Shown: positions 46,498 through 58,181, numbered from the stretch's first letter. The stretch is 64,000 nt of DNA from an uncultured virus (IMG/VR IMGVR_UViG_3300042997_000442) (IMGVR_UViG_3300042997_000442), one strand, 5' to 3'. Numbers and translations are program-made. Notes: generated from the sequence alone by a model not told the origin.

Positions 46498-49400
46498 TTA
46501 ACTACTTTGATTAGTATCCCAAACTAGATAAACTTTAGAAATATCATGAGTGGCGGTAGAAATATCCCATTCTACTACTATTTTGAAAAAACCACTTCCA
46601 AGTACGTTTGGTGTTGGTGTTCTAGTTCTCCATGATAAATACCAAGATGCATCAGTATAAGTTCTTAATTCTTTTCCAGATGGTGTTGTTAATGTTCCAG
46701 TTGGACCCCATGCGCTAGTACTACCATAAGGCACGCTTGTAACGACCGTTCCAAGTTTAACAGGAGGTAAATAACCTATTACTGGTTCTATTGCTTTACA
46801 GTAGAATTGTATATAAGGACTTCCGTTTGATTGAGGAGCACTTCTTGAGTCTTTGAAGAAATAATACCTACATTTCCACCATTGCTCATCTATTAATTTA
46901 TACACATCTCCTAAAGGCATATTTCTATTCGTAAATCCATTTGAAAATCCACCAACACTAGAACATTTAGTTATAAGGAATCTTTCTAGTCTATTATCGG
47001 CATAAGGTATAAGTGGGCAATGGGTTAATTCGTATTTATTTCTTTTTCTTTGATCTTGATTATCACCACTACCATATTTCTCTCCTACATCAATGAAAAT
47101 CTCATGCATGTGAGTTAATTTATTAGCCACTCCATTTGTAACTGTAGCTCCATTTAACTGTGTTGTAAGTGAGCCAGTCGCAGAATTACAATCGCTAGAT
47201 TGAATCACTATATGATACGTTTTTAATTTTCTAGGCGCAATTGATGCGAAAAGACTATTTATTTGTAATACTCCAATTGGTCTTAATCCAGTTGTGTCTC
47301 CTCCTCCTTCTAAAGTTATTTCTGGAGAAGAAGGTGCTGGTATGATATTATCAAATTGATCATATCTAGTTATACTATATATAGTATGATTTAAATCATC
47401 ATTAGCATTTAAAGGATTTGAAAGCGCTCCTGAAGGATTAGTTGACGTAGCTGCGCCATTAATAATAAGAGAACCATTTCCACCTATAACATAAGCAGCA
47501 GGAGATCCAACTCCATATCCTCCATTATAAAAAGGTGTATTATACATTATAGCAGGAGTTTGACCAGCGCCATACTGATACCAATCTCTAAGATTCCAAA
47601 AAAGACCAGTTGACCAGTAAGCATTAAAGTGGTTATAATATGGCATGTAAGGATAACTGTTTTTTAGTTTCATTGTAAATGATCTTTCTACAGATCCAGC
47701 GTTAGTATTTACTTTCACTACAAAAGTAAATACATTTCTAAAATGTCCTGGAAAACTACCACTAGTTGCTGTTAATAAATCGTTTTCAAAATAATGATTA
47801 TTATCACCAGGTCCAGGTGTTAACTGTATTATAGCATAACCAGTGTTATTAGTAAGAACAAATAATCCAGTTCTATCTATTTGATTAGTAGGACCAGGTA
47901 GTTGATTATATACACGTAATAATTCATAACTAGTTATAGGATAATTATTTTCTGTAGCTGAAAACTTACATATAACAGTATTTCTAGCCCAACTTTCGTA
48001 AAAATATTCTACCGGTTGGTTATTAACATCGGTTACAGTAATTTCTCCAGGTAAATTTGGATCACCTACTGGACCTTCATCTGAATAATTAATTATATTT
48101 TCGTTTAAATCTTCAACTAGTCCAATGGTAGAAGTTTCCCAAAATATATCTAACAAAGATTCTACTGGTTTTGTTTCAAAAATACCTAGATGTACTTCTG
48201 CTTGATCTATTGTATATTGAGGTGTTCCATCTGCTTTTGCATTAAATTCGTTTAATTTTAATGTTCTTACTGTTGGTGCTGGACTTGTTGAAGTAGCTGG
48301 TATATAATCGACATATAAACCTAACTGAGTCTCTCCATTTAAATCAGCATTATCTTCTACCTCTGCTAACAAATGATCTTTATCTTTTTCGTATAACCAA
48401 GCAGCATTAGTACTTCCAATTTGTATTTTTTGATCAGAAGCAGTACCTATACTTACAACACTTATTGGGAAAACTATTAAATCATATTGTATAGAACCTT
48501 TTTGATTATGTCCTGTTATTCCAGTTGGAAATCTGTTTTTAACTACTTTAGCATATAATATAGTTGACGATGCGTAAGTACCGTCTTGTCTACCAGTCAT
48601 TGTTAAATCCCTTGGTATTTTATTTATATTATCACTATGTAAAGTTATCCAACTTCTGTCTTTGTAGTTTACTACTCCTGGAGTATATACATTATAATAG
48701 TCTTGTTCTTTTTGTTTTACAACTACTTTATAAGAATGCCAACCATTTTTGTTTATTTTATATTTATAAACTTTACCAGGAGGAGTAGTTGACCACCAAT
48801 TTGAACCATATACTGCATTTATCTTACCTTCTGTAGATATTGTATCAGAACCTACTGCAAATATTCTAACATGATTACCATCCTTTCCTAATAACCAATC
48901 TCCTACGCTTAACTCAGAACTAATGTTACCATTAAATACATAATCATAAAGTTTAGTTGAAGAATTATAAGTTTCACTAGTCCATTTAGTATTGTTAGTT
49001 GTGAATAATTGTGTTCTAACGCTATATGGATTTGGTATAGGTGATCTAAAGTTAATTTGTAATGCCAAACCATGCCAAGGTTTACCAGCAACATTTGGTT
49101 TTGCTTGATTTAAGTAATCTACAAACACATAGGAATCTGGTGCGTTTTTTGTTATAATAACAGAGGAAGATCTACCAACAACGTCAGTTAAAACTATACC
49201 AACTTGATAATTTCTATTTTGTTTTACAGAATGATTAGGATATTCTAACCAAAAATCAAGATCGTCTTTATCGTCATAATTTATGAAATAATCTAATTCA
49301 GGTAGTTTGTAGTTTTCTAAATAATTACCATATACTATTCTACTACCAGCCAATTCTTGTGCTTTTGCTAGTCTAGGAACTCTATCCCATACTCTTAAAT

Positions 49401-50475
49401 ATTGAGATTCTGGTAGTGTTTTAGATGGTGTGTTTGATTTGTATTCATGATAAAATATATTACCATTACCAGGACTGGCCACTTGTTGATACGAGTTATT
49501 ATATCTTGTAGAAGTAGTGTCATTATAATTTTGTATATCTATGTATTCTATAGATCTAATTATAGTACTGTCTGATTCTTTTAATAATATATCTATTCCT
49601 TTTACAAAATAATCTTCATACATGTTATGAGATGGTAGTTCTATTTTAGATATTATTCTATTAATAGTGTTAACCATACAAACATTCTCAGTAGTTTTAT
49701 ATGTTGATACTATATCAGTTGTTTCAAAAAATTCTTTTGGAATAAATAAAATTTGAGTAAAAGGTGCTATAGGTGAATATGAGTTATCAACAAATTTAAA
49801 TCTATATGAAAACCTTACAAATCTTTCTTTTAAGAAATTAGAACCAATAGTAATATCATTATTTTGTGTTGTAGTAGGAATTAAACCATATTTCATAGAG
49901 TTTACAACAACCCCACTATCATTATTTATCAATAAAAGTGGAGCTGAATAAGGAACACATCTAGGTATAGACAACTGTTCATCATAATTATAAAAACTAG
50001 GATTTATACTTAAATCTAGTCTTCTTGGTTGATTAAAGTTATCTGTCCAAAATAAATAATTATCAACTATATTAACCCCTGTTATTAAATGTTTTTTACA
50101 AAATCTTAAAAACCTTCTTTCTAAAACAGTAGAAAATATAGAATTTTTCTGATCATATTTTAACACAGCACAGTAATCATTTATGGTAGGATATTCCTTT
50201 ACTCCAGTTTCGTAAGCAAAAGTAGTAACAAACCAATATATACAGTCATGTCTTTCATCAACTACATAACCTATTGGTTGAGCATTTAAATATCCTAAAG
50301 ATTGAGCATACGTTAATACGTTACTCTTTATATTTTCTACTGATCCAACGTTATTTTCACCGGCTTGTCCAACTGTTATGTTTAACGCGTCTCTATATTC
50401 AGAATTTTTTAGTAATCTATCCTCAATGTCCTTATTCATTTTACCACCTATAAAGTGGTTTTTAGCTTCTGCCAT
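46498..50475 (-). CDS. Large tail tubular/stabilisation protein
   Basis: GKMNKD..DRL...EYRDALN, LFWTDN.NQPR, RFSYRFKF, RIVYGNY. Confidence 0.7.
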   Translation of the reverse strand: MAEAKNHFIGGKMNKDIEDRLLKNSEYRDALNITVGQAGENNVGSVENIKSNVLTYAQSLGYLNAQPIGYVVDERHDCIYWFVTTFAYETGVKEYPTINDYCAVLKYDQKNSIFSTVLERRFLRFCKKHLITGVNIVDNYLFWTDNFNQPRRLDLSINPSFYNYDEQLSIPRCVPYSAPLLLINNDSGVVVNSMKYGLIPTTTQNNDITIGSNFLKERFVRFSYRFKFVDNSYSPIAPFTQILFIPKEFFETTDIVSTYKTTENVCMVNTINRIISKIELPSHNMYEDYFVKGIDILLKESDSTIIRSIEYIDIQNYNDTTSTRYNNSYQQVASPGNGNIFYHEYKSNTPSKTLPESQYLRVWDRVPRLAKAQELAGSRIVYGNYLENYKLPELDYFINYDDKDDLDFWLEYPNHSVKQNRNYQVGIVLTDVVGRSSSVIITKNAPDSYVFVDYLNQAKPNVAGKPWHGLALQINFRSPIPNPYSVRTQLFTTNNTKWTSETYNSSTKLYDYVFNGNISSELSVGDWLLGKDGNHVRIFAVGSDTISTEGKINAVYGSNWWSTTPPGKVYKYKINKNGWHSYKVVVKQKEQDYYNVYTPGVVNYKDRSWITLHSDNINKIPRDLTMTGRQDGTYASSTILYAKVVKNRFPTGITGHNQKGSIQYDLIVFPISVVSIGTASDQKIQIGSTNAAWLYEKDKDHLLAEVEDNADLNGETQLGLYVDYIPATSTSPAPTVRTLKLNEFNAKADGTPQYTIDQAEVHLGIFETKPVESLLDIFWETSTIGLVEDLNENIINYSDEGPVGDPNLPGEITVTDVNNQPVEYFYESWARNTVICKFSATENNYPITSYELLRVYNQLPGPTNQIDRTGLFVLTNNTGYAIIQLTPGPGDNNHYFENDLLTATSGSFPGHFRNVFTFVVKVNTNAGSVERSFTMKLKNSYPYMPYYNHFNAYWSTGLFWNLRDWYQYGAGQTPAIMYNTPFYNGGYGVGSPAAYVIGGNGSLIINGAATSTNPSGALSNPLNANDDLNHTIYSITRYDQFDNIIPAPSSPEITLEGGGDTTGLRPIGVLQINSLFASIAPRKLKTYHIVIQSSDCNSATGSLTTQLNGATVTNGVANKLTHMHEIFIDVGEKYGSGDNQDQRKRNKYELTHCPLIPYADNRLERFLITKCSSVGGFSNGFTNRNMPLGDVYKLIDEQWWKCRYYFFKDSRSAPQSNGSPYIQFYCKAIEPVIGYLPPVKLGTVVTSVPYGSTSAWGPTGTLTTPSGKELRTYTDASWYLSWRTRTPTPNVLGSGFFKIVVEWDISTATHDISKVYLVWDTNQSS

Positions 50476-50481
50476 ATTAAA

Positions 50482-51378
50482 TTAGTGTTTAAGTATTTTA
50501 GATTTGTTTCTAAGAACTTGAGATATTTCTTCAAGTTTAATATTAGACAATCTTATTTTAGCACTTCTTAATGCTGTTGATCTTTCTTTTTTATATCTAT
50601 TAACTATATACTCTGGTATATTTGATTTAGATGATAATATACCATGAGCAATATGCATGTACAAAGCTTGTTCTGCTAGTTTATGTACTTGCATTTCTTC
50701 GTCAGTACCTAAACCATCAGATATGTATTTAATAACTATAATTTTATCTAATAAATCAGAACTAAAAGAAATACAACCGTCTCTTTCGTTTATTGTAAAG
50801 AAACCATTATTTTGTGATGTCTCAGGAGTTAAACCATATCTACCACCTGTGTTTCTTTTATAGAAATAATAATAATCATAATATATGCTTTTATCACTAT
50901 ATCCATCGTCTCCTGTTAAAACTTTTGGATCTAAATTATTCCACCTAGTATCACTAACAGAAGTACCTGTAAGTAGATTACCGTCTTGATCGTATAAGTA
51001 TTTATATTGATCATCTTGAAGTGGTGATTCTTCTGTGTTAGAATGTAATCTAGTTGGATAAAGAACTCTCTCTATACCGTAAGAATCAATCCAACATATC
51101 TTAGTATAGTTTATATAATCTTGAGGTAATGGAACTGATAAACTAGGTCCAACTTCAACTTCAATAGACTTATAAGATTTCAATGTATCATAACTAAATT
51201 CTTGTAAACCTCTTTTAGCATGAAACATTACATCAGTTCTTTTAACATCATCAATAAGTTTACCATCACCAACGTAGGCAACAATAAAGTTATTTATAAT
51301 ATCTATAAGTGAAATAAATTGATAACCACCGGTTTCACCATTGTAGTAATCTTCGCTAGATTGTGTTATTAAACCCAT
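50482..51378 (-). CDS. Structural (tail/adaptor) protein
   Basis: LPQDYINY motif; position after the head genes. Confidence 0.6.
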   Translation of the reverse strand: MGLITQSSEDYYNGETGGYQFISLIDIINNFIVAYVGDGKLIDDVKRTDVMFHAKRGLQEFSYDTLKSYKSIEVEVGPSLSVPLPQDYINYTKICWIDSYGIERVLYPTRLHSNTEESPLQDDQYKYLYDQDGNLLTGTSVSDTRWNNLDPKVLTGDDGYSDKSIYYDYYYFYKRNTGGRYGLTPETSQNNGFFTINERDGCISFSSDLLDKIIVIKYISDGLGTDEEMQVHKLAEQALYMHIAHGILSSKSNIPEYIVNRYKKERSTALRSAKIRLSNIKLEEISQVLRNKSKILKH

Positions 51379-51382
51379 TTAT

Positions 51383-52111
51383 TTAGTTTTCTAATTTATC
51401 AGTATATCCTCTTTGTGCCATTGCAGCTTGTGCTACTGCTGGGTCTTTTATAGTAACTCCAGTATAAGCTAGTATATTTATTATTAAACTAGTTTCTTCT
51501 GAAGGATGTAATTCAAAGTTATTTGATCCTGTATTTGGTACAATACCAGTACCTGTAGCAGTTGGTTCGTATATATACATATTATTAGCGGATGTATTTA
51601 CACTATATGCCCAAACTGGATCACTTGGTGTTTTAACATAATCTACAGACAAACTAGTCAATGTATTTGGAAATACTTTAATACTGTCTACTTGTCTATA
51701 ATATATTGGGTATTTTTCAGATGGTGCAGTTAATTTAGATGCAGTTATATAATTCCAATCTGACTTAGTAACTTCTTCAACTTGATCAGTAGTATTAGAT
51801 ACTGTAAGATTTACTAATCTGTACATATCTGCTGGTAAAGAAGTGGTACCACTGGTAAGAGTTAATGTTTGCGTTTTAGCAAATATGTCTATCTTTTCTT
51901 TTTCTACTTTAGATAAATCAGCATAATCACTATTGATTACTCCAGATTTTTTCTTAACTAGTTCTTTGTTGTATTTGTAATACGCAGATTCAAGTAATTC
52001 TAATTGAACTTGTCTAGCTATTTTATTAAACTGATCTGGCGTTAAATAACCTCTTTGTTCTTTATTTAATATCAGTAATACTGATTTGTATACTTTATCT
52101 ACGTTTATCAT
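51383..52111 (-). CDS. Head-tail adaptor / tail tubular A-like protein
   Basis: LNKEQRGYLTP, LPADMY, YVKTP motifs. Confidence 0.6.
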   Translation of the reverse strand: MINVDKVYKSVLLILNKEQRGYLTPDQFNKIARQVQLELLESAYYKYNKELVKKKSGVINSDYADLSKVEKEKIDIFAKTQTLTLTSGTTSLPADMYRLVNLTVSNTTDQVEEVTKSDWNYITASKLTAPSEKYPIYYRQVDSIKVFPNTLTSLSVDYVKTPSDPVWAYSVNTSANNMYIYEPTATGTGIVPNTGSNNFELHPSEETSLIINILAYTGVTIKDPAVAQAAMAQRGYTDKLEN

Positions 52112-52125
52112 ATTTCATATTTTTA

Positions 52126-52164
52126 TATGAGATATGGGATCTAATACCGATCCCAAACCTCATA
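52126..52164. terminator. Intergenic hairpin, possible terminator
   Basis: TATGAG..TGGGATC-taatacc-GATCCCA..CTCATA. Confidence 0.45.
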
Positions 52165-52171
52165 AATATTG

Positions 52172-52942
52172 TTATACTCCTATTTTCTTTTCAATAGACT
52201 TATAAACATCTAAACCTTCATCTGTTTTAAAGAATGCTGCCATTGCAGAGAAAGGATGCTCATCAAAAGGTACTGTCATAATTTTTTTACCATTCGCAGT
52301 CCATTTAAAAGTTCTTTGGTCTTCATCGAGTTTAATAATGTTAAATTCTGTAGCTTTAATAGCAAAATTCCTCAACATCACGTTATCGTCATTAACTAGT
52401 TCTAAGAACAAATAAGGTTCTCTTCTAGCAAACAATAATATATCTCTTTTTATTTCAGCTGAACTCATTCTAGATACCTCAGATCCTTGTTCAACTCTTA
52501 ATACTGCTTCAGCGTGGACAACATCCATTTCTAAAGCCATATTTAAAGCTTTAATTTCTGTCTCAATATCTACAACCTCTTCTTTAGCTTCAGCCACTGG
52601 ATCGTGTTCTGAGTAAGTTTTGTTAAGAAGTGGATGATACAATGAAAGTAATTTTTGTAAAGCTTGATTTTCTTTTGGTACATTTAAAACTCCGTCTTCA
52701 AATATACACATTGCAATCGTAACTGGTCCTACTTGTTCATCTACAAAGCAAGATTTTTGATTTGTTGCATATCTTAATTCTCTTTGATGACCTTTATCAG
52801 GATCAAACCACATAAGTGGACTAACTTCACTATGTTTAACTGACATCGTAAATGTTAGTGGTGACATGTTATTTAATAGAAAATAAGTTCTATCTTTAAA
52901 TTCCCATTTTTTTTCAACGGGTTCTGTTTTGGTTGTTGCCAT
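52172..52942 (-). CDS. Conserved protein downstream of major capsid
   Basis: 256 aa ORF in head module. Confidence 0.6.
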   Translation of the reverse strand: MATTKTEPVEKKWEFKDRTYFLLNNMSPLTFTMSVKHSEVSPLMWFDPDKGHQRELRYATNQKSCFVDEQVGPVTIAMCIFEDGVLNVPKENQALQKLLSLYHPLLNKTYSEHDPVAEAKEEVVDIETEIKALNMALEMDVVHAEAVLRVEQGSEVSRMSSAEIKRDILLFARREPYLFLELVNDDNVMLRNFAIKATEFNIIKLDEDQRTFKWTANGKKIMTVPFDEHPFSAMAAFFKTDEGLDVYKSIEKKIGV

Positions 52943-52981
52943 AATATAATAAAATTTAATAAGTTTAATTTAAAAGTAAAA

Positions 52982-53008
52982 TTACCCCCGAAGATACATC
53001 GAGGGTAA
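52982..53008 (-). terminator. Intrinsic terminator after major capsid gene
   Basis: Minus strand TTACCCTCGA-loop-TCGGGGGTAA followed by TTTTACTTTT. Confidence 0.7.
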
Positions 53009-53024
53009 GATTACATTTTTTGTA

Positions 53025-54473
53025 TTATACTGTGAATAATACGAAGTTGTTAGCCGCTTGAGTGATCAAACATCTTTCTGACAAGAAGTGAACATTCATT
53101 TCATCTACGTCAGAAGTATAAGCTCCACCAACAGATCCAGTGATCCATGATTTCATTCTACGATCATCAGCTTCAGAAGCTCTATATCTAACGTGTAAGA
53201 ATGGACGTTTGATATTTTTACCTAAAGATTGGTCATATACTGAAGATGTACCAGCTGGAGTTAAAACTCCCATAATGTCGTTGGTCAATCCACGAGTAGA
53301 AGCATTGTTTAAGTATTTCCAGTCAGTTTTGTAGAAGTCGTAAGAACCTCTTCTAAACCCGTTGAAACCTAAGTTCAAAGCCATTTCTTCACTATTTTCG
53401 AATACTCCATAAGAAGTACCACCAACAGTGTTAACAGTAACGCTAGCAAGCATGTTGTCAAAGTTTAACGACATGTCTCTGTTTAAGAATAACATGTTTT
53501 CTTCGATAGCTCCTTGTTTGTCTAGGTTTTTAAGGATAGCGTCAAACTCAGTTAGCGCTAAAGAACCAGCTCCAGAACCAGCTCCTGTAAATCCTTGGAA
53601 TACATTACCTCTAGAAGTAATAGCAGCAAATAAACCTTCAGTACCTTTAACGCTAGAATTAACTAACGCGTCAGAACCAGAAGCAGCAAGTTCGCCTTCT
53701 ACTAAAGCCATTTCTAAGTAATCTTCGAAACGTAAACGAGTTTCGTGCTCTGATTTCAAGTACCATAAGTATCCTGAAGCACCGTTCTCAGTAGTAACCT
53801 CAACCCATCCAATTTGTGCTGTATCAGAACCTTTTACAGAGTATTTATCTTTTAAGATAATTGGAGAGTTAGAGTATTGTTTGAAACCTGCTTCAACAGA
53901 TTCAGCCATACCAGGTGTGCCTTTAGCAAACTCAGAACCATAAACGAATACGCTTAAGTTAGGGTTAGTAACGGCAGCAACGAAAGAAGCAGGCCATTGA
54001 GCAGCTGTGTAAGGTTGAGCTGTAAGTTCTGTGTTAGCACCATTAACGGCGCTTACATAAGCTTTAATAGTAACAGTACCAGTAGATACGATAATTGTTT
54101 GACCAACTCTAATAGCATGAACACCATCAGTTGTGTTAGTAAACGTTAATACGTTATCAGTAGCTGTGTTAACAGTTTTCACTCTAACGTTTCTATACGC
54201 TAAGTGTAAACGTCCTTGTTCTGACCAAATAATTTGATCTGATGTAGATGGTAATTCTGCTCCAACCATTCTTAAGAATGAAGAAACTGAACGATTACCA
54301 TATCTTTCTACCTCTTGTTCGTAAACATCAGGTAAGAATTGTTTTGCGAAAGTACCACCACCTGAAACTGAGTCAAATGTTAAATAGTTACCTGCAAATA
54401 ATGATTTTGTAGGAGCTGGAGCAAGTGAGTAACCACCTTGTAATCCCAACGTTCCTGAAAACGATCCTGCCAT
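53025..54473 (-). CDS. Major capsid protein
   Basis: 482 aa after the scaffold; strong codon bias, followed by a terminator; WSEQGRLH, VYGSEF.KG, TEGLF. Confidence 0.85.
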   Translation of the reverse strand: MAGSFSGTLGLQGGYSLAPAPTKSLFAGNYLTFDSVSGGGTFAKQFLPDVYEQEVERYGNRSVSSFLRMVGAELPSTSDQIIWSEQGRLHLAYRNVRVKTVNTATDNVLTFTNTTDGVHAIRVGQTIIVSTGTVTIKAYVSAVNGANTELTAQPYTAAQWPASFVAAVTNPNLSVFVYGSEFAKGTPGMAESVEAGFKQYSNSPIILKDKYSVKGSDTAQIGWVEVTTENGASGYLWYLKSEHETRLRFEDYLEMALVEGELAASGSDALVNSSVKGTEGLFAAITSRGNVFQGFTGAGSGAGSLALTEFDAILKNLDKQGAIEENMLFLNRDMSLNFDNMLASVTVNTVGGTSYGVFENSEEMALNLGFNGFRRGSYDFYKTDWKYLNNASTRGLTNDIMGVLTPAGTSSVYDQSLGKNIKRPFLHVRYRASEADDRRMKSWITGSVGGAYTSDVDEMNVHFLSERCLITQAANNFVLFTV

Positions 54474-54495
54474 TTTTTAATTTTTTTAATTGTTT

Positions 54496-55680
54496 TTATT
54501 TTTTTCCAAATCTAATTCTTAACTTAGAGTCGTCATTAGCATCTAAAGCTTTAACTTGGAAACCGTCAGGATTGCTTGGTTTTTCTTGATGCGTTTGTCT
54601 AGGATCCATATCTATATTTTTTGATCTCATAGTAGATTCTTTAATTGCATCTGCTCTACCTTGATCGTAAAAATGTTGTGCTATTGCATCTCCATTCTTA
54701 GCTTGATAAAGCGCCTTATGCCAACCAGCAGGGTCTTTTAGTTTTCCTTTATCATCCACGAATTCCTTAATTAAATTAGAAACGTCGCTTTGATAATTCA
54801 TTACAGCTTCTGGGTTCTTCACTGAGTAGCGGAACTTTTTATCACCAATACTAAAATCAAAACCTTTGAAATCAGTAAACAGTTTTTTAGTTTCACTAAC
54901 GAAATACTCAGAAAGCTCTTTTTGTCTTGCTTGTGTTAATTCTTGTTCTTCGTTATATTTATTGTAAAACTCAATAGCTTCTCTTTCATCTTCAGACAAC
55001 TTAGAAGACAACTTGACTTCCTTGTAGTATTCGTCCTTTAATCCAGATAAGAACTTTTGAGCATTAGCAATTTCTTCTTTAAGTGCCATTTTTCTTTTAC
55101 GTACGGTCTTTTCATCATCGTACTCTTCGTCATAAGAAAACTGGTCTTCAATTAAAAAGTCTATTTCATCCTCGTCGAGGTTCGGTCTAGTCTTTTTATA
55201 GTATTGTTTTAATAAAGTCTCGTTATCAACGTTTGAATAGTCAGCATTTAATCTAACATAGTCTTCCAACGTTCCACCCGTCTCTTCCATAAATCTAACA
55301 ACTTCTTTTAGATTTTCTGGAACTACGACTTCATCAATTTGTTTTTGAGTTACAGGTTGTTCGAAAACTGTTTCCGGTTGTTCGCCTACAACTACTACTT
55401 CTTCTTCCTCTTCTTGTTGATCACTTGCTATTTCTTCAACTAAAGGTGGTAATTCTTGTACCTGTTGTACTTCTTGAACTTGTTGTGGTTCTTCTTCTAT
55501 AACCTCCTCTTTGTTTGTAAAATCTCTAAGATCTACTTTTACAGTATCTGATTTTTCTCTAACTACCTCTGGAGCTGCTTTGCCCTCAGAGACCGCTTGT
55601 TCTAATACTGCTTCTTCCCTTTGTGCTAGTGATAGATTTCCGCTATCATCTTGCACTAAATTAACTTTAATTTCTGACAT
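54496..55680 (-). CDS. Capsid scaffolding protein
   Basis: Acidic, coiled-coil; between portal and MCP. Confidence 0.7.
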   Translation of the reverse strand: MSEIKVNLVQDDSGNLSLAQREEAVLEQAVSEGKAAPEVVREKSDTVKVDLRDFTNKEEVIEEEPQQVQEVQQVQELPPLVEEIASDQQEEEEEVVVVGEQPETVFEQPVTQKQIDEVVVPENLKEVVRFMEETGGTLEDYVRLNADYSNVDNETLLKQYYKKTRPNLDEDEIDFLIEDQFSYDEEYDDEKTVRKRKMALKEEIANAQKFLSGLKDEYYKEVKLSSKLSEDEREAIEFYNKYNEEQELTQARQKELSEYFVSETKKLFTDFKGFDFSIGDKKFRYSVKNPEAVMNYQSDVSNLIKEFVDDKGKLKDPAGWHKALYQAKNGDAIAQHFYDQGRADAIKESTMRSKNIDMDPRQTHQEKPSNPDGFQVKALDANDDSKLRIRFGKK

Positions 55681-55710
55681 AATATAATATAATTGTTTAT
55701 TGAATAATTA

Positions 55711-58176
55711 TTAACTTGGATTAAACTGCGACGTAGGTATTCCTCCCATCACATCATTTCCAGCAGATTCAAACTCTTTAGGATTTGAACCTATAGCACT
55801 TAAGAAATCATCATCTTCTTTAAAATCGATTGGACCAGTATCATTCTTTCTTTGATCTATCATCGCAGATTGTTGATTAGCTTGTAACTTGGTTCTATCG
55901 TCTTTTCTATCTTCTTTGAATTGCTCTTTCTTGTCAATCACCTGCAATTCCATTTCTTTAAGCTGTTTATTTAATTCGAACTCATATTGCATAAGTTCTT
56001 TCTTAATATCTCTTTCAGTAAATAGTTTCTTAATATCAAACTCTACTTGAGCTTGTGCTAATTGAACTTTAGACTCAGCGATACCTTGTTGTTTGTGTAT
56101 TTCAGATTCAGCTGCAGATTGACCCATTTGTATGTTAGATTGCGTTTGCATCTCTACATCTTTTTGTTTCATCTGTTGATCTAAATTTTGTTTTTTCTTT
56201 CTTCTAACTTTAAGAAGTTGATTAGCATGCTTAATATTCTTTATCTCTCTAACATCAATAGCGTCTTCTAAAAAGATTTGACCTGATTGTAAAGACATTT
56301 GAATATTGTTCTCTAACATTTGTTTTTCTTCAATATCAGGCGCTAACTGTAAGAATATACCAAAATCATGTAGATGAATATCATTCATATCTTTTAGCAC
56401 TTCTACATTGTAAATACCTAAAGCAGATATAAACGAATCTCTTGTTGGTGAATACTCTAAAACATCTGATATCCTAACAGCAACTGATTCTGCTGTTTTC
56501 AATGTTAAGTATAAACTTGATTCTAGTATATGTCTCGTAGCTGTATTAGAGTTAGCGGCTGCTAATTTCTGTAATCCAACTAATGCATCTTTGCTTGGTG
56601 TGCTACCGTCTCTAGCTTCGTTTAATCCGGTGACATCTCTAATCATTTGTAAGTAATAATTATAAGTGTTAATTAAACTAGTTAATTTATCACTACCGCT
56701 ATTACTTCTTAATTCTTGAATAGGCATTTTACCATGATTCATATCACCATCCTGAGTCATAGATCTACCTACTACAGATCCAGTTTGGAAATACATGTTC
56801 AATGCTTCTGCTGGATTATAATTTGTTCCGTTACCTAAATCAATCTCAGCTAATCCATCAACATCTAAATAAACTCCATCAGGTACCATTCTAGATAACA
56901 CTTGTTGAAGTTTTAAATGTGTTAATTGAATCATATCAGCAAATGTAGTTATTCTACTTACTAATGACTCAATCTTACCTTTATACATTCTAGGAGCCAC
57001 TATGTTGTAACTCATGTTTACTTTACCAGTGTCAGACTTTGGTCTAACCATGTTCTTAGAAAGTTCCCATTGTAACATGATATCATGACCCATTATCTTA
57101 GCGCCAGTATATACTACTTCTATAGATCTTGATACTTTTTCAAATTCTGGGTTTTCTGGTGGATTAAAATTAGAATCTTTTGATATTGCTCTATCTCCTC
57201 CATTAGTCGTCTTCTTTATCTTGTAAACTTCATTCATATAAGTTTTAAATTCAAAATAAAGTATAGACACTGTATTAGCGTCTAATGAATCGTCTGGAGT
57301 ATATTCGTTTCTAAATCTAGTATTCGTGTTCGTAGACTTCTTAGTTATATCTCTTAATTGATCGTCGTTTATATGTGGAAATTGTTTTTTAACTTCGTTT
57401 AAAGCAACTGACTTAACTTCTCCAACATAATATATATCATCAAAATAAGGTGATTCAGTATAAGAGTAAACAATATCTGCTGGATCTACATATCTAAGAG
57501 TTATACCTTCTGCTTTGTTGAATGAATTCTTAACACACCCAATACCTATTGTTGTTATATCATAATCAACTCTTCTTTTGGTTAGATCGTATTTATTTCT
57601 ATCAAATACGTTAGATAAAGCTTGTTCGTTAGCTATTTCTATAGATTGCTTATAGTCTAACTGCATGTGTAGATCTAATTCTTCATCTGATTCAGGAGTA
57701 TCTATCGTTGGATTGTTTCTAGTATCAACATTATACATTTGTTGTATAGCATCAATATACTCTTTCGCTTTCATATCCCTCATTATAGACTCCATATAGT
57801 CTGTTCTCTTCTTTGTAGACGCTGGGTCTTGAGCGTATGATCTAATTTCATAACTTCTATCACTCATACCGTTAACTACAATATCAACGAATTTAGGTAT
57901 AACAGGTATTGGTTTCCAATCTAAATTAAGATAAGATAAGTCTCCGTTTATAGAAAGTTCATCTTTATATTTCTTTATAGATTGTTCACCTCTAGCGTAT
58001 AGTCTTAATCTATGAAAGTTATCTCTGTTCGCATAAAATCTAGTAGCACCAGAATCTCTTTTAAACCACTCAGACTCTATAGCTCTACCAACGCTTAAAC
58101 CATAAGCCAAACTTGCTTTTTCTTCATCTGTAGCAACTTGACTTGGGAACGAACTCTTGAATATTGATTCAGTCAT
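55711..58176 (-). CDS. Portal protein
   Basis: 821 aa right after terminase; RLYARGEQS, IPKFVDIVVNG, TGLNEARDG, coiled C-terminus. Confidence 0.85.
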   Translation of the reverse strand: MTESIFKSSFPSQVATDEEKASLAYGLSVGRAIESEWFKRDSGATRFYANRDNFHRLRLYARGEQSIKKYKDELSINGDLSYLNLDWKPIPVIPKFVDIVVNGMSDRSYEIRSYAQDPASTKKRTDYMESIMRDMKAKEYIDAIQQMYNVDTRNNPTIDTPESDEELDLHMQLDYKQSIEIANEQALSNVFDRNKYDLTKRRVDYDITTIGIGCVKNSFNKAEGITLRYVDPADIVYSYTESPYFDDIYYVGEVKSVALNEVKKQFPHINDDQLRDITKKSTNTNTRFRNEYTPDDSLDANTVSILYFEFKTYMNEVYKIKKTTNGGDRAISKDSNFNPPENPEFEKVSRSIEVVYTGAKIMGHDIMLQWELSKNMVRPKSDTGKVNMSYNIVAPRMYKGKIESLVSRITTFADMIQLTHLKLQQVLSRMVPDGVYLDVDGLAEIDLGNGTNYNPAEALNMYFQTGSVVGRSMTQDGDMNHGKMPIQELRSNSGSDKLTSLINTYNYYLQMIRDVTGLNEARDGSTPSKDALVGLQKLAAANSNTATRHILESSLYLTLKTAESVAVRISDVLEYSPTRDSFISALGIYNVEVLKDMNDIHLHDFGIFLQLAPDIEEKQMLENNIQMSLQSGQIFLEDAIDVREIKNIKHANQLLKVRRKKKQNLDQQMKQKDVEMQTQSNIQMGQSAAESEIHKQQGIAESKVQLAQAQVEFDIKKLFTERDIKKELMQYEFELNKQLKEMELQVIDKKEQFKEDRKDDRTKLQANQQSAMIDQRKNDTGPIDFKEDDDFLSAIGSNPKEFESAGNDVMGGIPTSQFNPS

Positions 58177-58181
58177 ATTTC